From Myxococcota bacterium (GTDB lineage Bacteria; Myxococcota_A; UBA796; CAJQPC01): a stretch of DNA of 11,095 nt. The notes under the pieces were generated by a model that was not told the DNA's origin, ran no database searches, and saw nothing but the letters and a program-made list of their open reading frames with translations. Numbering within the stretch: the first letter of the stretch is position 1; each line of letters opens with the position of its first letter. This document shows, piece by piece, positions 1-7,255 of this stretch. The DNA is taken from assembly GCA_036012755.1 (NCBI GenBank), contig DASCPX010000250.1, positions 1 through 11,095 of the forward strand, given 5' to 3'. The translations under genes and the position numbers were made by a program.

Positions 1-4
1 GGGG

Positions 5-39
5 CGAGGGGCCGCCTCCTCAACCCCTGCGGCTCCCCG
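5..39 (+). promoter_or_regulatory. GC-rich stem-loop upstream of the four-helix-bundle gene
   Basis: CGAGGGGCCGC (5-15) can pair with GCGGCTCCCCG (29-39), with one A-C mismatch and one G-U pair, around a 13-nt C-rich loop CTCCTCAACCCCT. It is followed directly by SD-like GGAGAG (42-47) and ATG at 54. Confidence 0.4.
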
Positions 40-53
40 ATGGAGAGACCCTC

Positions 54-383
54 ATGCGCAGCACGACCAACTACTTCCCCTTCGAGCGGACCGACGTCTA
101 CACACTCTCGGTGAGCGTGAACCGCCGGGTGGCCAAGCTCCGGTGGCCGACCGGCCGGGGGCACCTGAAGGACCAGGCAATCCGGGCGGCGGACTCGATG
201 GTGCTGAACCTGGCCGAAGGGTGGGAGCGGGGTCACCAGACAGGCGCCGCGCGGAACCACTTCCGGATCGCCAAAGGCAGCGCGGCCGAGGTGTTCGCAG
301 TGCTGGACATCCTCGAGGTCGAGACGGAGCTTCGAGACGACCTCCGGCGGGTCGGCGCGATGCTCGCCCGGCTCGCTCGGTGA
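54..383 (+). CDS. Four helix bundle protein (23S rRNA intervening-sequence protein / TIGR02436-like; structural relative of DGR Avd)
   Basis: 109 aa with family motifs F.FE..DVY, 'LKDQAIRAADSMVLNLAEG' and 'HFRIAKGSAAEV.A.LD'. SD GGAGAG lies 6 nt before the ATG. Confidence 0.88.
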   Translation: MRSTTNYFPFERTDVYTLSVSVNRRVAKLRWPTGRGHLKDQAIRAADSMVLNLAEGWERGHQTGAARNHFRIAKGSAAEVFAVLDILEVETELRDDLRRVGAMLARLAR

Positions 384-423
384 GGCGCCGCCTCGAGCGG
401 AGCGCAGGACGGATTCGCTGATC

Positions 424-1560
424 TCAGCGGGGGAAGGTGAGGTCCTGGCGGTAGATCCAGGTCTCGCCCTTCTGGCCCTCGAGCCAGGAGAGATCCGGGC
501 CCTCCGGGTCGCTCGTGTAGTTCCAGACCTCGTACTGGCCGTCCTCACCGAGGATCGACGCGAAGCAGGTGTCGCCTCGGGAGGGGAGATCCAGCACCCA
601 CTCCACCTGCAGCGAGAGGGGGTGGACCTCCCACAGGGAGCAGCGCTTGGGCTCCTGCCAGTAGGAGGCGCTGTAGAAGAGGAAGGCCTCGTCGTGGTCG
701 AGGTCGTCGCGCCCGAGGTCGAAGTGGCCGTCATCGGTGACGTTGCGTCGTCCGATCAGCCAGATGCGCCCGTCGTCCTCGAAGACCAGGGGGCTGTCGT
801 ACTTCTTGGGGTCGTGGCGGCACTCCCAGTCCGTCGGCGCCTCGGCCTCGCCGCGGCAGATCAGGGAGCCAAAGCCCTCCTCGTCTCCGGCTTCGTTGCG
901 GACCACGGCGACGAGGTCGCCCTCTGGCGTGAAGGCGAAGTCGGTCTCGGAGCCCCCGCCGGTCAACACGGTCGCGCCCGACCAGTCGAGGCCGTCATCG
1001 GAGCTCAGCCACTTCACCTCGAGCGCCGGGAGGCCGTCCTGGTCGTAGATGTCCTCGCCGCCCACGTAGCCGATCATCGTCGGGACCCCGTCCATGACGC
1101 GGGTGCGCCAGGGGATGAAGCCGTCCTCGAAGATCCACTCCGGATCGGACCAGCTCTGTCCGTCGAAGACCGCGCGCATCGTGCCCTGGGGTTCGAAGGC
1201 GAGGGGGTCCGTGCCCAGCACCGCCCAGTGGAGGATGAGCTGTCCGTCCAAGGACAGCAGGCGAGGCTCCCGCAGGTCGGTCGCCATGAAGATGGGCAGC
1301 GACAGCTCCCAGTGCTCCCGATCGCTGGAGCGGAGGACGTAGAGGTGGACCTCGTCGCTCGCGAAGTGGTCAGGGCCGGTGCGGAAGGCGAGCCAGGTCT
1401 GGCCTTCGTGCTCGACGACGTCGAGGTTGTTCGCCGCGGGCTGGACCTCCACCTGCTCGGGCAGTCCGGCGCTGGGTACCACCCGCGTCAGCTGGCCCAG
1501 CTCGGGGGGGGAGGGGATGATCCCGACCTCTCCGGCGCAGGCCAACAAGAGCCAGGTCAC
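424..1560 (-). CDS. Putative lipoprotein with Asp-box/BNR repeats, sialidase-like beta-propeller (378 aa)
   Basis: Start revised from 1680 to GTG 1560: it forms a GTGA overlap with the upstream stop, has GAGG 7 nt upstream, and the 40 codons before it are Pro/Gly/Arg-rich antisense-type sequence. The N-terminus MTWLLLAC has an LLAC lipobox. Asp-box-like motifs are SSDDGLDW and RSSDREHW, with blade-type segments 'DLREPRL', 'SETDFAF', 'YDSPLVF' and 'GDTCFASI'. Confidence 0.75.
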   Translation of the reverse strand: MTWLLLACAGEVGIIPSPPELGQLTRVVPSAGLPEQVEVQPAANNLDVVEHEGQTWLAFRTGPDHFASDEVHLYVLRSSDREHWELSLPIFMATDLREPRLLSLDGQLILHWAVLGTDPLAFEPQGTMRAVFDGQSWSDPEWIFEDGFIPWRTRVMDGVPTMIGYVGGEDIYDQDGLPALEVKWLSSDDGLDWSGATVLTGGGSETDFAFTPEGDLVAVVRNEAGDEEGFGSLICRGEAEAPTDWECRHDPKKYDSPLVFEDDGRIWLIGRRNVTDDGHFDLGRDDLDHDEAFLFYSASYWQEPKRCSLWEVHPLSLQVEWVLDLPSRGDTCFASILGEDGQYEVWNYTSDPEGPDLSWLEGQKGETWIYRQDLTFPR

Positions 1561-1928
1561 AGGAGCGCCTCGACCTCGGGATCCAGGTAGAGGCCCTCCA
1601 GCGCCGCGACGGCCCAGGGCGCCTCCAGGGTGCGCAGGGCGCGGACCGCGGCGATCTGAACCGGCCGGAGCTCGGACCACATGCTGCCCTCGAGGAAGCG
1701 CACCGGGCCCTGCGGTCGTCCGTCCATCAGGGACTCGCAGCCCGCGCAGACCAGGATCGCCCAGTCCTCGTCAGGCTCTTCGAGGGGGGAGCCCGCGACC
1801 TCGACGACCTTCAGCTTCTCGCTGGACTCGCAGAGCTCACAGCGGGAGCGCGCCCGCCTCGAGAGGTTCTTGCCCAGCGCCGAGACGGCCTGCTGCCAGG
1901 CCTGGTGCTTCTCACGACCTCTTGCCAC
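1557..1928 (-). CDS. PhnA-associated Zn-binding protein (N-terminal domain only, no C-terminal PhnA domain)
   Basis: 123 aa; GTG start with strong SD AGGAGGT (1934-1940). Motifs 'LGKNLSRRARSRCELC', 'ILVCAGC', 'LEGSMWSE..PVQ..A.R.L' and 'W...LE.LYLD.E' resemble proteins annotated 'phnA protein'. Confidence 0.75.
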   Translation of the reverse strand: MARGREKHQAWQQAVSALGKNLSRRARSRCELCESSEKLKVVEVAGSPLEEPDEDWAILVCAGCESLMDGRPQGPVRFLEGSMWSELRPVQIAAVRALRTLEAPWAVAALEGLYLDPEVEALL

Positions 1929-2289
1929 CGTGAACCTCCTTGATCCTCAGCGGGCGCATGCACTCCGGACACTGGTCTTCGAGTCGACGCTCGGTGACCG
2001 CGCCGCCTGGAATGACGACCTCTCTCTCGCAGCTCGGACACAGGGCGTTGATGTCGAGGATCTCGGCCTCGGTCTGGAATGTCCGCCACGCCATGACGAA
2101 GCCGATGAGCGGAAACAGCCAGGTGGCGAAGAAGTGGACGATCGGGATGAAGATCGCGCAGGCGCCCAGGACCAGCCCGCCGATGGCGAAGGCCGCAGCC
2201 TTGGCCGTGCGCGTGCCGTCAGCGTGCTCGACGTAGCGACCCTCGCCTTCGGTGTACTGGCCTGTGTCCGTCTCGATCAGGACCCTCAT
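1912..2289 (-). CDS. Hypothetical membrane protein, two TM helices plus C-terminal zinc ribbon
   Basis: 125 aa with a hydrophobic hairpin 'AFAIGGLVLGACAIFIPIVHFFATWLFPLIGFVMAW' followed by CPSC and CPEC. ATGA overlap with the upstream gene at 2286-2289. Confidence 0.75.
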   Translation of the reverse strand: MRVLIETDTGQYTEGEGRYVEHADGTRTAKAAAFAIGGLVLGACAIFIPIVHFFATWLFPLIGFVMAWRTFQTEAEILDINALCPSCEREVVIPGGAVTERRLEDQCPECMRPLRIKEVHGGKRS

Positions 2290-2798
2290 CTGGCCTCCGC
2301 GCTGAGCATGCGCTCGAAGCGGTCGCCGCCCTCGTCCTCGTCGAAGGGGCAGCTGACGCTGTCCTCGCCGAGGGTGACGGTGACGGTCGGAGCGCTGGAG
2401 TCGCCCTCCACCATCACCCGCGCGCCTTCGATCGGCACCCGGCCGTCCACCTGCCAGAGCTCCCAGCGCACCAACTCGCCGGCCAGCACCATGCAGCCGG
2501 AGCTGCCGTCGCCCAGGCTCGAGTGGTCATGGTAGAGGTCCGGCAGTTCGTCGTCGCCGAGCAGCTCGTGGCGCCTCATCTCCTCTGTGCGCCAGGGCTC
2601 GACGCTGACTCCGCCGACCAGCTCGTGCGGGTCGAGGGCGTTGGCGACGATGGCGTGCATCGTGCCGATGGCGCAGAGGGCAGCGGAGGCCGCGATGCCG
2701 AGGATGAGCAGCACATAGGCCGCAAGGCCCAGCCTCTGGACCGACGCGAGGCAGCCCTCTGGCTCCTCGTTCGCGACCTTGGGGATGTGGCGACTCAC
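2286..2798 (-). CDS. Hypothetical membrane-anchored protein with acidic beta-rich C-terminal domain
   Basis: 170 aa with one long hydrophobic segment (LGLAAYVLLILGIAASAALCAIG). Its stop is coupled to the next gene by ATGA. The GTG start has no clear SD, so the start is uncertain. Confidence 0.68.
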   Translation of the reverse strand: MSRHIPKVANEEPEGCLASVQRLGLAAYVLLILGIAASAALCAIGTMHAIVANALDPHELVGGVSVEPWRTEEMRRHELLGDDELPDLYHDHSSLGDGSSGCMVLAGELVRWELWQVDGRVPIEGARVMVEGDSSAPTVTVTLGEDSVSCPFDEDEGGDRFERMLSAEAR

Positions 2799-2839
2799 GG
2801 CGGCGCTCGATAACTCGCCGGATCCGCCGGGAGTCTGCG

Positions 2840-3664
2840 ATGAAGCTCAGGGGCGACAACCAGCGCGCTCGTCTCGAGAAGAAGCTGATGCGCGAGATCG
2901 GGCGCGTCAACGGCGACTTCGACATCATCGAGGCCGGCGACGCCGTCATGGTCTGCCTCTCGGGCGGCAAGGACAGCTACGTGCTGCTCCACCTGCTCTC
3001 GCGCATCCGGGTCAAGGCGAACCTCGACCTGAGGCTCATCGCCGTGAACCTCGACCAGGGCCAGCCCGGCTTCCAGCAAGAGGTCATCGCCCGGTGGTGC
3101 GAGGCCGAGGGCCACCAGCACCGGATGCTGCAGCGGGACACCTACAGCATCGTCATGGACAAGATCCCCGAGGGAAAGACCTACTGCAGCCTCTGCAGTC
3201 GGCTGCGTCGCGGCATCCTCTACAAGGCGGCGGTGGAGCTCGGCTGCAACAAGATCGCCCTGGGTCACCACCGCGACGACCTCGTCGAGACCCTCATGCT
3301 GAACCTGCTCTACAGCGGCCAGCTCAAGACGATGCCGCCCAAGCTCTTCGCGGACGACGGCGCCAACGTGGTCATCCGGCCGCTGGCCTACTCGGCGGAG
3401 GCCGACATCGCGGCCTTCGCGGAGCTGGTCGGCTTTCCGATCCTGCCCTGCGATCTCTGCGGCTCCCAGGACAACCTCCAGCGCCAGCGCATCAAGCGGT
3501 TGCTGGCCGGGCTCGAGGCGGAGAACCCGAAGATCAAGGGCAACATGATGGCCGCGCTGGGCAACGTCTGCGTCAGCCACCTGCTCGACACCGAGCTGCT
3601 CGCCTCGCTGGCGGCTCAGAGGGACAAGCCACCGTCCACCGTGAGCACGTGGCCCGTGACGTAG
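2840..3664 (+). CDS. ttcA: tRNA 2-thiocytidine(32) synthetase TtcA
   Basis: PP-loop SGGKDS, 'CSLCSRLRRG', 'ALGHHRDD', 'MPPKL', 'VIRPLAY' and 'PCDLCGSQ' give both CxxC motifs of TtcA. SD GGGAG at 2829-2833. Confidence 0.96.
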   Translation: MKLRGDNQRARLEKKLMREIGRVNGDFDIIEAGDAVMVCLSGGKDSYVLLHLLSRIRVKANLDLRLIAVNLDQGQPGFQQEVIARWCEAEGHQHRMLQRDTYSIVMDKIPEGKTYCSLCSRLRRGILYKAAVELGCNKIALGHHRDDLVETLMLNLLYSGQLKTMPPKLFADDGANVVIRPLAYSAEADIAAFAELVGFPILPCDLCGSQDNLQRQRIKRLLAGLEAENPKIKGNMMAALGNVCVSHLLDTELLASLAAQRDKPPSTVSTWPVT

Positions 3665-4245
3665 GTCGCCGTGGCCAAGAACAGGGCGGCCGCGGCGATG
3701 TCACCCGGGCTGCCGAGAACTCCGGCCGGGATCGCCGCGCGGAGCCGCTCGACGACCGGATCGGCGACGCCCTCTGGCATCAACACCGCGCCTGGAGCGA
3801 TGGCGTTCACCCGCACCTTTGGCGCGAGTTCGATCGCGAGGGCCCGGGTGAGCCCGACCAGCCCGGCCTTGGACGCCGTGTAGTGCGAGTACCCGGTCTC
3901 CGGGCGCTCGATGTCCACGATGTTGATCACGCAGGACAGGCTTGGCGAGAGCGCCTGGGTGAGCAGGAAGGGGGCCCGCAGGTTCAGCGCTATCGTGGCG
4001 TCGAGTTGCTCCAGGGAGACCTGTGAGAAAGGGACCTTGGCCCAGGCCGCTGCGCTGTTGACGAGCACGTCGACGGCGCCGGCTTCCGCTGCCATGCGGC
4101 GGATCTGGGCGGGGTCGCGCAGGTCCGCGCGGAGGTCTCCGTCAGAGGTGTGGCCGTGCCGCAGGACCTCGTGCCCGGCGGCGGAGAAGGCATCGGCGAT
4201 CGCGCCGCCGACCCGGCGGACGCCGCCAGTGACCAGCACCCTCAT
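3616..4245 (-). CDS. Short-chain dehydrogenase/reductase, pteridine reductase (PTR1/FolM)-like (209 aa)
   Basis: Start revised to ATG 4245 (ATGA overlap with the RluA-family stop). Motifs: TGGVRRVG (Arg-containing Gly loop typical of pteridine reductases), VNSA, NIVD (Asp in place of the usual Ser), YTASK, RVNAIAPG and YVTG..L.VDGG. Confidence 0.85.
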   Translation of the reverse strand: MRVLVTGGVRRVGGAIADAFSAAGHEVLRHGHTSDGDLRADLRDPAQIRRMAAEAGAVDVLVNSAAAWAKVPFSQVSLEQLDATIALNLRAPFLLTQALSPSLSCVINIVDIERPETGYSHYTASKAGLVGLTRALAIELAPKVRVNAIAPGAVLMPEGVADPVVERLRAAIPAGVLGSPGDIAAAALFLATATYVTGHVLTVDGGLSL

Positions 4246-5078
4246 CGCTTCTTGTGCTCCCTGATCAGCCAGCGCCGGTGCTTCTCCAGGTCGTCGGCGA
4301 GCACGGCCTCGAACTCCAGGTGCCCGTCGCGAAGGGGGTGGTCGAAGCCAAGCCGCCATGCATGCAGCGCGACCCGCCGGAGCGAGCGATCCCCGCGTCG
4401 CCCGTAGAGCGGATCCGCGAGCACGGGGTGGCCCGTGTGAGCCAGGTGGATCCTGACCTGGTGGGTGCGTCCGCTCTCCAGGCGCGCCTCGACCAGGCAG
4501 ACACCGCGGGGCAGGTTCTCGATCCCACGCGCGTGCGTCACCGACGCGAGCCCGTCTCGCACCACCGCTCGACGACCGGTGTGCTCGTGGCGTCCCAGCG
4601 GCGCGTCGATGCGCGTCCAGGCGGCGGGGAAGTGTCCGTGGACCAGGGCGAGGTAGCGACGCTCGACGGTCCGCTGCTCCAGGAGCCGCTTGAAGGCGTT
4701 CTGGGCGAGCTCGGTGAGCGCGACCATCATGAGACCGCTGGTGGGCTCGTCCAGGCGGTGGACCGGTCGGGCCTCGCCGAAGACGCGAGCCAGCAGCGAG
4801 ACGAGGTTGTCCTCCGAGCCCCGCTTCGGCGCGGCGACGGACAGCAGGCCTGATGGCTTCCAGACGACCGCGAGGTGGTCGTCTCGATAGATCACGGCCG
4901 GGTCGCGGCCGACGACGATGCGGGGAGCCCGCTCGCGAATCTCGACCTCTGCCGGGGCGACGTCTCGCCCGGCGTCCGCCGTCGGCACTCCGCGCACCCA
5001 GACCTTGCCCGTCTGGAGCGCCTTCTTCATCGCCGCCCCGCTCAGCCCGCGGTCCTTGAGCACCTCTCCGAGGGTCAT
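4242..5078 (-). CDS. RluA-family pseudouridine synthase (RluC/RluD-like, degenerate N-terminal S4 region)
   Basis: Motifs 'IYRDDHLAVVWKPSGL', catalytic 'VHRLDEPTSGL', 'R.YLALV.G', 'LESGRTHQVRIHLA..GHPV..D.LYG' and 'ALHA..L.F.HP'. Confidence 0.94.
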   Translation of the reverse strand: MTLGEVLKDRGLSGAAMKKALQTGKVWVRGVPTADAGRDVAPAEVEIRERAPRIVVGRDPAVIYRDDHLAVVWKPSGLLSVAAPKRGSEDNLVSLLARVFGEARPVHRLDEPTSGLMMVALTELAQNAFKRLLEQRTVERRYLALVHGHFPAAWTRIDAPLGRHEHTGRRAVVRDGLASVTHARGIENLPRGVCLVEARLESGRTHQVRIHLAHTGHPVLADPLYGRRGDRSLRRVALHAWRLGFDHPLRDGHLEFEAVLADDLEKHRRWLIREHKKR

Positions 5079-5542
5079 CGGTAGCTGACCTCGATGATCA
5101 CCTTGGTCCGCTTGCCTCCCGGGGTGGAGAAGACGATCTCGTCGCCCTCCTCCTTGCCGATGAGCGCCCTGCCGATGGGGCTCTTGTAGGAGATCCGTCC
5201 CCTCGGCGGGTCGATCTCGTCCTCGCCGACGATCTGCAGGGTCTGCTCTTCTCCGTCCTCGTCTTCGAGCACCACCGTGGCGCTGAAGCGCACGACGTCA
5301 CCCGCGAGCTCCGCGGGGTCGACGACCTCGATGCTCTCGATGCGCTTGGAGAGGTAGCGCAGGCGCCTGTCGATCTCGCGGAGCCGCTTCTTGCCGTAGA
5401 TGTACTCGGCGTTCTCCGAGCGGTCCCCGAGGGAAGCGGCGTAGGCCACCTCCGCGGTCATGCGTGGGCGCTCCACCTTGAGGAGGGTGTCGTACTCCTC
5501 GACGATGCGCCGGTAGCCCGCGGGGGTGATGTAGCTCGGCAT
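5075..5542 (-). CDS. greB: Transcription elongation factor GreB
   Basis: 'YITPAGY', 'ERP', 'AASLGDRSENAEYIYGKKRLREIDRRLRYL' (GreB-type signature), 'IVGEDEID' and 'ISYKSPIGRAL.GK..GD'. Confidence 0.95.
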   Translation of the reverse strand: MPSYITPAGYRRIVEEYDTLLKVERPRMTAEVAYAASLGDRSENAEYIYGKKRLREIDRRLRYLSKRIESIEVVDPAELAGDVVRFSATVVLEDEDGEEQTLQIVGEDEIDPPRGRISYKSPIGRALIGKEEGDEIVFSTPGGKRTKVIIEVSYR

Positions 5543-5551
5543 CCTGCCTGC

Positions 5552-7255
5552 CTATCGCCCTGGTGCGAGCGCGGCCTGCCACTCGCTGCTCAGGGGCTCG
5601 GGCCAGCCCAGCTCGGACAGGAGGATGCCCTCTGCGGCGAGCACGCCGACGAGCTCCTCGATCTGCAGCTCGGCGAGGTCTTCGATCGGGATCGCGGCCC
5701 CCTGGGCGCGGGCTGCCGCGGCGTCTTCGGCTGGGAGCTCCTCGGCGAGGGCCTCCCAGCGCGCCGGTGCGCTCTGGAGGTGCTGGTCGAGCTCTTTGCG
5801 AGTGCCCTTGCGCAGGTGGCCGATCGGGGACATCTCGGGCCACCGCTCTTGTCCCCCGGTCGGGCTCAGATCCAGCGAGGTCGGCAAGTCACCGCCTCGG
5901 TCTCCCGGGGCGAGCAGGTGGCTGCCCGGAGGGGCGGTCGTCGCGTCCAGGAACCCGGGTCCGCTGAACACGATGCTGCCGTCAGCCTGCAGGGTGGCGC
6001 CCTCCGGGAGCGCGGCGTCGATGTCCGCTCGGGGCAGCAGCAACAGCAGGGACAAAGCGAGCCCCGCCGCGCCCGCGAGGAGGACCGGGTGGCGCCGGAC
6101 CAGGCCCTCGAGCGGGCCGGTCTCGCGAGCTCCCAGGGCGTGCCAGCAAGAGCGCGCGAGCACCCCGGCCCAGAGCAGGTAGCCAAAGATGACGCAGGAG
6201 ACCGTCGCGTCCTCGACCATGAACTCCACCCGCGGCAGGACCAGGCCGCCCACCACCGCCACCGCCGAGATCCCCCAGCGCCAGCGTGGGCCATCGTCCA
6301 GCGCCCACAGGGCGAGCCAGACCATCGCCGGCGCATAGAGCGGGGCGTAGAGCACGTGGAAGGCCGCGGCGTCGGCTCCGAGCCAGGCGAGCAGCAGCGC
6401 GCCGCAGCCGACCTGGACCTCGCGGGAGGGCCGCCACAGGCAGAGTCCGGCGCTGGCCCCCAGCGAGGCGGCCAGGAGCCCGCGGTGGCGCAGGGTCCCC
6501 AGCTCGACGAGCCAGGCGGGGAAGCGCATCGCGTCCAGCCATCCGGGGGCCACCGCGTCCTGGAACTGCGCCGTGGTCCGGAGCGCCGCGGCGAGCTCGG
6601 CCGGGGAGGTCGCCAGGAAGCTCAGGAGCAACACGGGAACGCCGATGAGGAGACCACCGACGGCGGTCTTCCAGCGCTTCGCGAGCAGCCAGGGAAAGAC
6701 GAGCACGACGGGCACGAGCTTCAGGCAGGCGCCGACACCGACGAGGGCCCCAGCGAGCAGATCCCGGTCCCTGTGGATGGCGAGGAGCGCGGCGGCCCCC
6801 AGCAGGGCCAACAGGGCGTTCACCTGCCCGAGACGGGCCGCCTCCGCGGTCGGCAGGAAGAAGCCCATCAGCGCCACGCCGACCCCGGCGGCCACCCAGC
6901 GGTCGCGCCCGCCCGGGACGATCGCTCCGACGCCCAGGGACGCCGCCAGGAGCAGGGCTCCCCAGAGTCGGGTGAAGCCATCCCAGGACAGGGCTCCCAG
7001 GGGCGCCATGAGCGGGGCCGCGGTGGCCGGGTAGAGCGTGCTCCAGATCGCCGCGCCGACCCGCAGGCCCCGGCTGTCGTAGACCTCTTGGAGCGAGCTC
7101 GGATCGACGGGGCTGAGGCCTTCGAGGAAGGCCGCGCCGTAGAGGTAGAGGGGCAGCGCGTCCGACATGCGCGTCTGGCCGTCGTAGAAGATCGAGCCCA
7201 TCGCGGCGAAGAGGACGCCGGATAGGGCCAGGGCGATGGCAGCCCCGCGCTTCAC
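5552..7255 (-). CDS. Polytopic membrane glycosyltransferase, GT87/DUF2029 (GT-C fold) family, with C-terminal soluble extension (567 aa)
   Basis: Start revised from 8023 to GTG 7255 (GTGA overlap with the ATP-grasp stop). After TM1 come 'SDALPLY..A.AFL.G.SP', 'LYPAT...LMAPL..L', 'LGQVN.LL' and 'G...G.GACLKLVP', followed by many TM segments. Confidence 0.8.
   Translation of the reverse strand: MKRGAAIALALSGVLFAAMGSIFYDGQTRMSDALPLYLYGAAFLEGLSPVDPSSLQEVYDSRGLRVGAAIWSTLYPATAAPLMAPLGALSWDGFTRLWGALLLAASLGVGAIVPGGRDRWVAAGVGVALMGFFLPTAEAARLGQVNALLALLGAAALLAIHRDRDLLAGALVGVGACLKLVPVVLVFPWLLAKRWKTAVGGLLIGVPVLLLSFLATSPAELAAALRTTAQFQDAVAPGWLDAMRFPAWLVELGTLRHRGLLAASLGASAGLCLWRPSREVQVGCGALLLAWLGADAAAFHVLYAPLYAPAMVWLALWALDDGPRWRWGISAVAVVGGLVLPRVEFMVEDATVSCVIFGYLLWAGVLARSCWHALGARETGPLEGLVRRHPVLLAGAAGLALSLLLLLPRADIDAALPEGATLQADGSIVFSGPGFLDATTAPPGSHLLAPGDRGGDLPTSLDLSPTGGQERWPEMSPIGHLRKGTRKELDQHLQSAPARWEALAEELPAEDAAAARAQGAAIPIEDLAELQIEELVGVLAAEGILLSELGWPEPLSSEWQAALAPGR

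Noticed and set aside
54..383. Diversity-generating retroelement or 23S rRNA intervening sequence
   Set aside because: No reverse transcriptase, TR/VR repeat pair or rRNA sequence is in the window. The motifs fit the generic four-helix-bundle family. Upstream DNA cannot be assessed.
384..429. Intrinsic terminator between the convergent genes
   Set aside because: Only short imperfect stems, with no U-tract on either strand.
1504..1511. G8 homopolymer (another at 7992-7999) as a possible phase-variation tract
   Set aside because: Both are short, keep the frame intact and encode Pro-rich segments; unremarkable at this GC content.
1561..1680. Longer N-terminus for the propeller lipoprotein, including RR pairs suggestive of a Tat signal
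   Set aside because: It lies inside the PhnA-like gene in another frame, is low complexity, and has neither the S/T-R-R-x-F-L consensus nor a proper h-region.
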